Source of the DNA: Neodothiora populina
Lineage: Eukaryota
Length of the DNA: 64,000 bases
Direction of reading: 5' to 3'
Assembly: GCF_041146345.1 (NCBI RefSeq)
Contig: NW_027191405.1
Location: 1,178,001-1,242,000 of the forward strand
Part shown: positions 50,048-62,409 of the stretch, in pieces
How the letters are laid out: each line of letters begins with the position of its first letter
Numbering within the stretch: the stretch's first letter is position 1
Position numbers and translations under genes: made by a program
Notes under the pieces: generated by a model
Told to the model about the DNA's origin: nothing
Seen by the model: only the letters and a program-made list of their open reading frames with translations
Database searches by the model: none

Positions 50048-52138
50048 CTACAGTCGTGCGAGAAGCTCGCCCACCACACTCGATAGTCTGCACTCTTCCA
50101 CTTGTTCCTTGACCCCGAGTCTTCGGCACTGCACCTCTGCTTTTCGTCCGTTCTTCCATGCCCGCCCCAGAACAACAATCACGGGGTAGCCGACCAGATC
50201 GGCGTCGTTCAGTTTCCATCCCATCGCCTTGTCCCGATCGTCGAGGATGGCATCGAGTGACGCCTTTCCTGCTGCCCCAGCCGTAGACCCTCCCGAAAGC
50301 ATATCATACACATTGACCGCATCCTCCTCGTGGCCTTTACCAGGGACAACAACGACCTGAAACGGTGCGATGACCGCAGGCCAATTCAACCCCTTAGAAT
50401 CATACAGTATCGACGCCACGGACCCCAGGAGCCTCGTGACGCCGATCCCATGACAGCCCATCTCCATCGGCACTCGTCGATCGTCCTTGTCCACTACGCT
50501 CGCGCTCAGAGGCTTGCTGTATCTCGTGCCCAGGTAGAAAGTGTGTCCGATCTCGATCGCGCGGTCGATGCCCAGTCTGCCTGTGTTGCACTTCGGACAC
50601 TTGTCGCCGGGTAGCGTGCTCGTTAGTTGCATGGCTTGACCGTTGATCTCGGACTTGACGGGCGTCACTTCGCACTTTGGTTGCGCTAGTCGTTCGTACA
50701 GTTTCGATTTCTGTTGTGCTATTGATGCTTCTGCCGCTGGCAGACGGGCGTCGACGAGTTCGAGAATCCGAGGGGCTTGGCCGGTGCTGTCCGAGTTGGC
50801 TTTGTTCCATACGTGGATAGGGTCTTCCACGGAGAGGTCGAGGTCCGGTGCAATTGTTCCTACCACATTGAGATTGGCGTGGTTCGTGACCTCGGTCCCA
50901 TCGTCCCTTGTGCAGGTTCGGGGAAACCAGGCCACGACGAGAGTTGAGCGATCTTTGCTGATGCCGCACCAGTACTCCATCTCGGTGGACATTGCAGAAT
51001 GCTTTTGGTCCACGTCACTGATCGCTGTCATGGACAGTTCGTCGTTGATGGTGTCTCCACAACTACTGCAGCTTATCACATTGTCCTCGCCTTTTGGAGA
51101 GACGAAGTGATATTCGTGGCTCAGATTGCCTCCCATGTTACCCGAGTCCGCTCGCGCCACAAGATAAGGAAGTTTCAATTCATCGAACAGCGCTCTGTAA
51201 GAAAGTTGAACCTGCTCGTACGTTTGTCGCGCTTCTTGCTCTGTATGGTCGAAGGTATACAGATCTTTCATGATGAACTCTCGGCCGCGCAAAAGACCTT
51301 GACGAGGTCTCGCCTCATCTCTGTACTTGCGAGCTTCATGCACGTCAGAATCCGTGTGGTCGTGTTGGTGCACGAGATCAGAATAACTTACATGTCTGAT
51401 ATAGACGTAGTGGTAGCTCCTTGTAAGAATGCGTGGTGGCTGCCACTAGTGCTGTGATCTCCTCTTCATGGGTAGGAGACAGGAGAAAATTGTTGTCTCT
51501 ACGATCCTTGAATGCGAACAGCTATAACAAAGACAAGAGGTTAGATGGGATTGTTTCGGAAGGCAATGGCCTAGCACTTACTTCACCCCCGTGTCCTACG
51601 AATCTGCCGGTCTTTCGCCACAGATCCTCGGAGGTTATAGACGAGAGAGCTACCTTGGATGCTCCTGTGAGTAGGATAAGTACATGTATCACAAGATATA
51701 TAAGCAAAGCGAGCGGCAATGGAGATAGTCATATACCTAGACTTGACATGTGCTTATCCACCAAGTCTTCTAACTTCTGCTGCACCCGATACCCAAGCGG
51801 TAGCATGTGAAATATGCCAGGGTGAGTCTGGACTCATGATCAGAACATCAGACTCTGAATACCTTCATAGTGAAATAACCAACCTGTCGAAGATAGCCCG
51901 CTTTGACGAGCAGAGCATGGGAGTCATCCTGGGAGTCACGAGAAGATTCAATGCCTCCGGTAGGTGTCCAGAAGTTACTCAGAGTGTGACGATGACGACG
52001 ACAGGATGGGCTGCCGGATAACCATCTTCTATGATAGCTGAAGCTGTTATGCGGATTTGAGTGGGCTCTTACGGCTTGCGAGTTGAACGCAAGGTCAGCA
52101 AGAAGCCAGCATCTCCGTGACAGAATTGAGGAGTGCAT
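50048..52138 (-). CDS. Mitochondrial prolyl-tRNA synthetase (bacterial-type; yeast Aim10-like); about 5 exons
   Basis: [82 protein letters not shown] and an anticodon-binding domain. Confidence 0.92.
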
Positions 52139-52505
52139 GCGTGAGACATGTACTCTGACAAGTCACACAAAGCACAGATTGATCTTCTCTGTGCACTTTG
52201 TCGGATGTTCGCTTGCAATATCTATATATATAGTGGAATATAAATGTCCAAAAGTGTTGTAGAATCACATGCTGCACGGCTACACTAAGGTACTGTAGGG
52301 CAAGCAACGGAGAAAGATGCGGGAAGGAACCTTGAGTTTTGCGGGGAAGAAAGCTTGGCGCCTGGAAATTTATCTCAATCATCTCCAAAAGTTTGGCAGA
52401 AATTATATCACAACTTAGTGTTTTCGACGAGACAAATTTATCGTCGTGACACCTCTTCAACGGCGTTTCTGGAGTCTCTCATACATCTGAGACCGGGAAA
52501 TCGCC

Positions 52506-55209
52506 ATGGGTATCAAACGCAAGGCCCCCGATTCGCGCAATGGCGGCGCGCAAAAGATGCACAAGGCCAGGCCAGCGCCTTCGAAAGACGATGGCAAAAA
52601 GGATGCCTTGGTGAGTAATATCGCCCGGATCAGGCAGATGATTCCATTCGGAGATCCTCAAGATCAAGAGCGTAGAACTGAACGCAGACCAGATTTTCGA
52701 GCCGAGGCCAGACTGGCACGCTGCAGAATTACCACCACTTCCTCTCTCCACCAGCTCGCAGCAGTCTTCCTTCAGAGTCGTCGACGAATTACAACAATAC
52801 GCCACTTCGCTCCTCGAGGCCGAAAACGCCAAATATGCCGCTTCGAACATGTCGGCATCGTCGTCGCATAAGTTCTTGTCTACAATCATGTCGTCCGGTA
52901 CGCTCGAGGACAAGATCTCCGCCCTCACTCTGCTTGTTCAGGAGTCTCCGTTACATACCATGAAGGCCTTTGAGAACCTGCTGGGCCTTTCCAAGAAGAG
53001 AAGCAGGAACCAGGCACTCATGGCCGTCGCCGCACTCAAGGATCTGCTGGGACAGGGTTCAGTCTTGCCATCCGATCGCCGACTACGTGCCTTCGCAAAG
53101 CAACCTGCACTTGTCAGAGCACTCGAGGGCCATCAGACAATCTGGAGGGAAGGCACGCCTCTTCCTAAGGGTGTTGAGAAGGTGCATCTTGTGTATTGGG
53201 CCTTCGAGGACTGGCTGAAGAAGCAGTACTTCGAACTACTCAAGATTTTGGAGGGCTGGTGCGCCGACGAGGTAGAATATGCCCGGAGCAGGGCCATCAC
53301 TTATGTTTGGGAGCTGCTCAAGGACAAGCCTGAACAGGAGGAGAACCTTTTGCGGCTATTGGTCAACAAACTAGGAGACACGGACCGCAAGATTGCTTCA
53401 CGGACATCCTACCTGCTCCTGCAGCTGCAAGTCACTCATCCCGCCATGAAGCCCGTCATCATCAACGCCATCGAGTCGGAGTCAATTTTCCGTCCTGGTC
53501 AAGCCGCACATGCCAAATACTTCGCCATCATCACCCTCAATCAGACCATCCTCGGAGTGAAAGAGCAAGAAGTTGCAAACAAGCTTCTCGACATTTACTT
53601 CGGTCTGTTCTTGCAGTTTTTGAAGCCAGCCGACAAAGCGACACGCAAGGACGAGCCCGTCGCGCCCCTCAAGCAGCAAGGTGGCGGTGGAAAAGCCGGC
53701 AAGATGGCTGCCAAAAAGGCAAAGGCAAAGGAGAAGCTCAGTTCAGCCGATGAAGAGCTCAGGGAGAAGATGGTAGCCCAGGTCCTTACCGGTGTCAACC
53801 GCGCATTCCCCTTCGCCAACACCGACGATCCACAGTTCGAAGAACACATGAACACCATCTTCAAGGTCACTCACTCTTCCAACTTCAACACAAGCATCCA
53901 GGCCTTGATGCTGATTCAACAAATATCTTCCACCAAGCACTACTCCGCCGACAGATTCTACCGCACCCTCTACGAGTCGCTCCTAGACCCCCGATTACTC
54001 ACCTCCTCCAAGCAGATCATGTACTTGAATCTCCTGTACAAGGCGCTCAAGTCTGACACCAACGTGAAGCGCGTGCAAGCATTCGTCAAGCGTCTGCTGC
54101 AAGTCATCACGTTACACGAGGCGCCGTTCGTCTGTGGCGTTCTGTATCTGATCAGCGAGCTTGAGGTCACTTTCCCCAACATCAGGAACATGATCAGAGA
54201 GCCAGAAATCGATCCCGAGGACGAAGAAGAGCATTTTGTGGACGCTCCGGAAGACGGCGAGGATGCGCGAGCTCCGGCTGTCGCCAAACCTGCTTCTACC
54301 GCCCCTGCTTACGACCCTCGAAAGCGTGATCCAGAGCACAGTAACGCTGATCGCAGTGCGCTGTGGGAGATTTTACCACTCCTCGTACACTTCCATCCCT
54401 CTGTGGCTCTTTTCGCCGAAGCGCTCGTGTTTGGAAAAGCCATGCCGCCCAAACCCGACCCGAGCTTGCACACTCTCATGCACTTCTTGGATCGCTTCGT
54501 GTACCGCAACGCCAAGACGAAACAATCAATCACCCGTGGATCCTCCATCATGCAACCTATGTCTGGTAGCAACGCGGCAGACCTCCTCATCAAGAACCGT
54601 GAAGACGGCAAACACAGACTGCCAGTCAACTCGGATGCATTTTGGAAGAAGAGCATCGACGACGTGGCAGCCGACGAGGTCTTCTTCCACAGCTACTTCA
54701 ATAAGACACACCAAGGCAAGGTGTCGAAGAAGGCGAAGAAGGAGAGCACCAAGGATGACATGGCCAGCGACGAAGAGGACGACGAGGGAGAAGATGAGAT
54801 CTGGAAGGCTCTGGTCGAGTCCAAGCCTGATATTGAGGGTGCTGAGAGTGACGATGACCTCGATATGGACGATCTGGAAGACGCCTACTCGGCAAGCGAC
54901 GACGAAGGTGATGGCGGCGTGGAGATTGCTGATTATGCAGAGGAAGACGACGAGGACGATGTCGAGGGAGGAGAAGACTTTGATGAAGACGATTTCCCCA
55001 ATCTGGACAGCGGCGAGGAGGCGATGTTGGATGATGACGATGACCTTCCGTCAGACTTCGAGGCGCCCGTTGTGGCCGAGAAGAAGAGCAAGGCGGACGA
55101 AGGAGAAGGACAAGACAAGAAAAAGAAGAAGAAGAAGCTCAAGCATCTTCCCACCTTTGCATCTGCAGACGACTATGCAGCATTGTTGGACGCGGACGAC
55201 GCCGAGTAG
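52506..55209 (+). CDS. MAK21: Mak21/Noc1 (CEBPZ; CBF domain) 60S biogenesis factor; 2 exons
   Basis: SGTLEDKISALTLLVQESPLH, LLVNKLGD, LTGVNRAFPF, YDPRKRDP, HFHPSV, FLDRFVYRN and C-terminal LPTFASADDY. Intron starts at 52611. Confidence 0.93.
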
Positions 55210-55532
55210 ACAGCATAGATTTGGAAAGAACTACCTACTTCATGGCAGCTTGCCTGTCCGTTGGGCCTACCATTGCTTTTACTCATTCTACTGAGTCTCC
55301 AATGACTCCCGTCTCTTTTGATAAATCATTCCAGAGTCGCACTGTTCGTGACGTGTCAAGTGATTGTACCTGGCATCCTGAAGGCAAAGCAATCTAAGGA
55401 AATAAATGTATACTGCGATCAGCTCTTGGCGTTGCGAGGCTGGGGTTCGCGTCATCTCCTTCCGCCGGCGTAGATTGCGGATAATAGTGTGAGACGACAA
55501 GTGCACCGCTGGAGCTATAACACTCAGCATGC

Positions 55533-58500
55533 ATGTCCAAGCGGAGTGCCTCAGACATGGGCCTTGAAGGCAAGGATGTAGCCATCGCAAGCTTTGTCGG
55601 CATAATCTCGTGGCTTCTTGTTACTCACTGGATCCCGTCGTTTCGCTGGATACCATATGCCTTCGTTGCCGGCGTCATCACCACCGCACTCGGACTGGCA
55701 TATATCCTATTGACCGCAGCCAAACAGCCTCAGCTTGACAATGTTCCGCCGTCAATCAAGCCGCCTGTTTTCATCAGGCCTGGAGTCTGGGAGAGGGAAA
55801 AGGCCGCCTTGAAGGAGCGCTGGAGTTATGTCAGGACACCGGTATTTCCCCATTCTAAGACTGTATCAAAGGCAGTGGACAATCTCCTTGATCTGGTACT
55901 TCGCGACTTTGTGACATCATGGTACAGAAACATCACCTCTACAGTTCGCTTTCAAAATGAGATAGATCGCGCGATCCGAGAGACACTGGTGAATGTCCGC
56001 AAGAGAACTGCTGGTCTGGACATCGTGGAGCTGGCCGTCGCAAAGATGGTTCCTACCGTCACCACACATATCCGGGATTTCTATGTTGCCGAACGAGCAG
56101 TCAGAGGCAAGAACCTGTCGAGGGACATGACCGAGTCCGAGGAGCTCGACAATGCCGTGGCTTCCAAGTATCGCGACGGCAAGCTTCATATCGCTGCTAC
56201 ACTTGCCTTTTCAGATACGAAGCTCATGCAGCAAGCACATCTACGCAAAATCGTCTCCCGCATCCTGCCTGAACTGCTGCCCGACAACATGAAATCTAGT
56301 GTCGCTGTGTCGTCTTTGGTCCGTGAGATTGTTGCTTGCGCCGTTCTCACCCCTGCCATGCTCATGCTTGCCGATCCTGATACTTTCAATCAACTAATCG
56401 AAGCCTACGGACGGACCCTCCTCCATGATCGAAAGACTGTCCGCAAGCTCAGAGCTGCTCTGGACGAGCATGCGACACCGACAAGCAGCCATGCTCGGCC
56501 AGTCCAGTTTCCACGGTTGAGACCGAATGACAATGAACGCCAGTTCGAGCGCTTTATTCGTGCCACCAGGCATTGTGCCACCTTGTCCGATGCCAGACGA
56601 TTCCGAAGTGAGATCTCGAGCCAGCTTCGCAAGGCTACATCTTCGCCCGACCAAGACCCAGTCTATGTCAAACGATTGGAGGCCGGGAGACGTATACTCG
56701 ATCAGAAGATCAACCATCTCACCGCAAGCGTCGCAGAAAAGCCCAAACTGTCGCTAAGACCGTCGACCACCTCGGTCGATCATGCCTTGCGGACGAAAGA
56801 CTCGTCACTGACCGATGTGCTACACAATGCTTCCGGCCTTTCTTACTTCATGGAGTTTATGGACCGAAGAGATCGTATGCGCCTCGTTCAGTTTTGGGTG
56901 GTGGTCGACGGTTTCCGTAATCCGTTAGAAGAGGATGTCGAAGAGTTCGGCGAAGGCCTGCAAACAACCTGGAAGGCTGCTGACCGGCTGGACATTGAAC
57001 AGATATATGAGGCCTATCTCAATAAACCAGAAATTGGTGTCTCCGAGGCTGATCGAAAGATTGTTCATGAGTTCCTGAAAGCAGGAAGCACAGCAAGCCC
57101 GAAGCTCTACCTGTCAGCTCGGAAGGCTGTCTTGAGGACACAGACCTCGGTGCTAGAGGAGATGAAAGAGAAGCACTTTGAAGCCTACAAGAAGTCGGAT
57201 CTTTTCTACAAGTGGTTGGCTACCGAAGAAGGTGCCAGTTTCGCTTCTGCTCCCGACTCGCCTGTCGCTCTCACAAGAAGCCACTCCAACCCGAATGTGA
57301 TGAAATCCCCATTGCGCGATCCACGACTGAGACACGCTACCACTGGTCCGATCAACAAGGCGCCTCAGCTTCGCAGACCAGCAGCCTCTTCGACCGACGT
57401 CAAAAGCCTTGCCAACCCGACATCTTCTCTGGCCGGGTCTCGTCAATCGCTCGATGATCCAAGATCGCGCCCGTTGTTTGACGACGATGTGGAGGATGAA
57501 CGCATGTCTCAGTCCGTACCTGCGCTCAGTGGGAACGACACAGAACACGAAGCAAACTCCGCCCAGGTTGTAGATGCCATGCAGGCTGCACTTGACCAGA
57601 TCATGGACGAGCCCGACAAGGACTCGCTATACTCCGAGCACGTCGCTATGGCTGGGCCTGCGAGTAATTCTCCACGAAGCTCGATAGATTCTGGCCGACC
57701 TCCTTTTCTCCAGTCGAGATCTAAGCCAAGCATAGCATCACTCGGACTCGTAGGCGCGCCATCGAGTTTGGGCGTGTTTTCGGACGATCTGTTCGGCGAG
57801 GAAGAAAGGTTCCTGCAAGATGAACGAGAAGACTCTGATGTCGACGAGAAGCCCGTAGAAGATGACATTCACGAGGCTGCGCCTGGGGATCTGGGTCTCA
57901 CTGAAGCCATCTATGCCTTAAATTCGGACATTGAGCGTTTGGCGGCACAGGAGTCTATCCTGAACTCGTTGACGCGAAAAGCAGAGCTCACTAACAACGC
58001 AGCCGAGTTGCGTATCCTACGAAAATCAAAACAGAGCTTGCAGCGCGAAATTCATCGAAAAGAAATGCAAAAGCAGCAGTACATGGTTCAGGAAAGCGAC
58101 AACAGTCTGTATGGACGAGCGGCTGTCAACATCAAGTCAATCATGGTTGGCAAGGAGCCTGATGGTCATGAATACGCACTGTGTAAGCATCTTTCCATTA
58201 ATTCACTTTAAGCCTAATACTGACATCCTGAAGATGTGATTGAAGTTCGACGACAAGCCGGGGATCACATGCCATCTGTGGTCTGGGCGGTGACCAGAAG
58301 GTACAGCGAGTTTCACGAGTTGAACAAGCGGCTCAAGGCCAGATTCCCAGCTGTGAAGAACCTTGAGTTCCCTCGACGACAGACGCTGTTCACTCTGCAG
58401 AAGGACTTTCTACAGAAGCGAAGGGTGATACTTGAAAAGTACTTGCGAGTGAGTTGTGTTCCCCTTATCTCTAGGATGATGTTTGTCTAACAACCGCAGG

Positions 58501-59473
58501 CCCTCCTCCTCATGCCTGCAATCTGTCGTAGCCGCGAGCTACGCGCTTTTCTCTCCCAATCATCAATTTCACTGAATGGCGACAACGGGACGAGCCAAGT
58601 AGACGAACGCGATTTTGTCACTCGAATATACAACTCCGTCACCGACGGCATGGAAGAGTTCCTGGGCAACATCCCCGTCCTGGACCAGCTGTCCGTGGCA
58701 GGCCAGAACCTGATCTCCGCAGCAACAGCACAAATGAACGGAGTCCCACTGAGCGGTGATTCGCCCGAGCTCTCCAACGACCCCCTGACAGCAGCAGAGG
58801 CGGAAGCCGAAATCAACGCCTTCGAAGACCGAGAAGCCGAGCCCTTCGTCAAGCCCATCTGCGACTTATTCCTCGAAGTCTTCGAGTTATCCAAAGGCAC
58901 GAGCTGGCTGCGCGGCCGAGCAGTCGTCGTCGTGCTGCACCAGCTTCTCGGAGGCACCATCGAGCGCAAAGTCCGAGACGCCGCTCGGGCGTTCGGACAA
59001 GAGGACTCGGTCGTGAGGTACATAGACATGGTCAAAGACAGCATGTGGCCCGGCGGCGTCATGCGCCAGTCGGGTGCTCCCCGTACTGCCGCAGAGCGAG
59101 CCAAAAGCCGCAAGGAAGCCGGATTGTTGCTCGCCACGCTCGTGCCCGATATTGCTGGGAGCGTGGTCGGGCGAGCGAACGCGCAGGCGGCGAGTCGCAA
59201 GATCTTCGCGATTCTGAACAATCAGCGACTCAAGTAAGTTGTCCCTTTGACGTCGCCCCTTTGGGCGTGCTTTACCCCCATCAAACTCAACTCTTGCTAC
59301 AAGAAAAGAAAGAAGACTGACTGATGATGCACCACAGTACACACCTAATTTTCACGCTCCTCGACGAATTGATCCAGACCGCCTTTCCCCCGGATAATCA
59401 CAACAGCAGCAACAATAACAGTACCAGAAACCACAGCGTTCCCGTCACGAGTAGCAGCGGCAGCAAGGGCTAA
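55533..59473 (+). CDS. MDM1: Mdm1/SNX13-14-like sorting nexin (PXA-RGS-PX-Nexin_C); 4 exons
   Basis: PXA (LRDFVTSWY), RGS (GLSYFMEFMDRR..VQFW), PX (VTRRYSEFHELNKRL), FVKPICDLFLEVF, WLRGRAVVVVLHQLLGGTIERK. Last exon NTHLIFTLLDEL ends TAA 59471-59473. The start could instead be 55557. Confidence 0.9.
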
Positions 59474-59661
59474 ACGAACGAACAGGCGAACGAACAGGGC
59501 CGAGAAGGGAGGGTAAATCGATAGTCTGAGGATGATCATATATAACTTGAACATGAAAAAGACCCTTTTTAGGCTGAAGAATGAACGGCGATGACCCGTG
59601 CTTTTGTCTCCCTTTTCCTCTTATCTATTTCGTGATGGGCGTGCTGGCTGCGGGTTCGTGA

Positions 59662-59704
59662 TACTACTACAAGTACTCTTACTACTACTACTACTACTAC
59701 TACT
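59662..59704. repeat. Interrupted (TAC)n microsatellite
   Basis: tactactac aag tac tct (tac)8 read directly, between the 3' ends of MDM1 and SAH1. Confidence 0.85.
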
Positions 59705-60294
59705 AATGCGCCACATAGACACAATGAAACTGTATCACCGAGATCATTGGTCCAGTATTCGTGATGATACACGCGATAATGGAGCACGACCCTGTCCGCC
59801 GGTGATACTAGAAAACTCCCTTTTCACCATGCTAATCAAAGTATTTGTACACCACATATACATATCCAACGAAGGGCAGCACGAGAAAGTCACTATAACG
59901 AAGACAGATGCACAATGGAACAAAAAGTGGCAGTATACAGATCAAAGGTGTCTTGTATATCTCAGACTCTAAAATTTGTAGTCGAGTGACATCTATCCAT
60001 GATATCTCATCTTCTTCTACTTCTTTTCTCCCACAGACCCTGTAGTTGAATGGGGTCATAAAGGTTGAAGTGACGTTGTCTTGTTCAGTTTAAAAAAAAA
60101 AAAACGCCGCACACGCCAGACCATTAAAATGCTCTCTTGCTTTTCCAATGCCGTTGAAGACAGAAAAATAAAAGCATCCCGTTTTTGTTTTGCCCTCCTT
60201 GGTATCATCGCACATGTTGAATCATAAGCGCCGCTGGTCGTTCATGTTTTTCTTTTGGATTACCCATTCCTTTCTTCCGACAATAAAAAGACAT

Positions 60295-61820
60295 CTAGTA
60301 TCTGTACATGTCGCTCTTGAAGGGTCCCTCGATGGGGAGACCCATGTACTCGGCCTGAGCCTCGGTCATCTTGGTCAACTTGGCGTTGACGTGCTCCAAG
60401 TGGAGGAGAGCGACCTGCTCGTCGAGGATCTTGGGGAGAACGTAGACACCGACGGGCATCACACCGTTCTTGAGCTCGCCGACACCCTCACCCTCGTTGG
60501 CACGGGCAAACTCGACGTACTTCTTGCCGAAAGCCTCGTCGCCGGCCTTGAACAGCATGATTTGCGCAAGGACCTGGTTGGCGAAAGAGCAGGACATGAC
60601 AAAGGAAGAGTGACCGGTGGCACAACCGAGGTTGACAAGGCGACCCTCGGCGAGGAGGATGATGTGACGGCCGCTGGGCATGAGGAAGCGGTCGACCTGG
60701 GGCTTGATGTTCTGGCAAGACTTGGCGTTCTTCTTGAGCCAAGCAACGTCGATCTCGATGTCGAAGTGACCGATGTTGCACACAATGGCGTTCTCGGGCA
60801 TGACCTCGAAGTGCTTGCCGACGAGGATGTCTCTGCAGCCGGTGGTGGTGACAAAGATCTGACCGATGGGGGCGGCCTCCTCCATGGTGGTGACCTGGTA
60901 GCCGGAGACGGCAGCCTGGAGGGCGTTGATGGGGTCAATCTCGGTGACAATGACACGGGCACCCATGGCGTGGAGGGCCTGGGCACAACCCTTACCGACA
61001 TCACCGAAACCGGCGACGACGGCGACCTTGCCGGCAATCATGACATCGGTGGCACGCTTGATACCGTCGACGAGGGACTCTCTGCAGCCGTAAAGGTTGT
61101 CGAACTTGGACTTGGTGACCGAGTCGTTGACGTTGATGGCGGGGACAAGGAGACCGTTGGGCTTGCCGACGTTCTTGAGCATCTTGTAGAGGTGGTGGAC
61201 ACCGGTGGTGGTCTCCTCGGAGACACCGTAGCAGCCCTTGAGCATCTCAGGGTACTTGGTGTGGACGAGCGAGGTGAGGTCACCACCGTCATCGAGGATG
61301 AGGTTGAGGGGCTTTCCAGAGGGGAAAGAGGTGAGCTGCTGCTCGAGACACCACTGGTACTCCTCCTCGGTCTCACCCTTCCAGGCGAAGACGGGGGTAC
61401 CACCGGCAGCGATGGCGGCAGCGGCGTGATCCTGGGTGGAGAAGATGTTGCAGGAAGACCAGGTGAGCTCGGCACCGAGAGCCTTGAGGGTCTCAATGAG
61501 GACGGCAGTCTGGATGGCTGAGGCAAAAGTCAGCTTCTGTGGTCGCTCCTTCCTTGTTTACGAAAGAAAGACATACTCATGTGCAGGCAACCAGCGATAC
61601 GGGCACCCTTGAGAGGCTGCTCAGCAGCGTACTTGGCGCGGGTCATCATCAGACCAGGCATCTCGTGCTCGGCGACTACAATAGACCAGTCAGTAAATGG
61701 CATTCGTTGTCTACGTTTTCATAGACTTTTTTTTTCCGTCTACATACGCTCGATCTCTCTGCGACCGAAGGCCGCGAGACTGATGTCAGCGACCTTGAAC
61801 TTTTGTGCGGGAGCAGACAT
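60295..61820 (-). CDS. SAH1: S-adenosyl-L-homocysteine hydrolase; 3 exons
   Basis: [90 protein letters not shown] and GPFK..YRY. Very strong codon bias. Confidence 0.97.
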
Positions 61821-62409
61821 GATGAATGTAGGGTTTTTTGATATATTGGTATAACAGAAAAAAAAAGAGGATGAGAGAGAAGGAAAAGAGAGGGACAGGA
61901 CACGGGCAATAAAAAGAAGACGAAGAGGGCGGAGGAGGATGAATGAGGGGCGCCAGCTAATCTCAAAAACGCAAAGCAACGAATGGAGAAAGCTGTTTTC
62001 TTAGCGCTTTGCACTTGGACCCTGTCCTGGAATCGCCCCACCAAGGTACCACCGCCAAACATCAATTGCCGAGCTTCTCTCTCGTTCTCACCGCCCAACA
62101 ATTTCCTGCAAGCAAGATTAAGGAAAAGAACTTCAAGTGGTCCGATTTCAGAGTTGCTGCATTAAGAGAATCTCCACTGTTTACACTGGGTACAGAATCC
62201 GCTTCTACATCAGCTCCATCGACAAGCACCATGTTCACTTTGCACGTTGATAGATCAAGTAGAATCAGATTCTGCCGCCGAGGAGCAGTGGAATCTCTCA
62301 AGGTTTACTTTATGCATAGTCATGAGGTCATCAGGTATTGCACTATCGAGCACTGAACATGTGCCTGCTATGCAAGCATAGTTCTTCGAGATTGTGTGGA
62401 TGTGAAGGC

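Noticed and set aside
60190..61521. 443-aa plus-strand ORF antisense to SAH1
   Set aside because: Mirror frame of a highly codon-biased gene, which removes antisense stops. It has no independent features.
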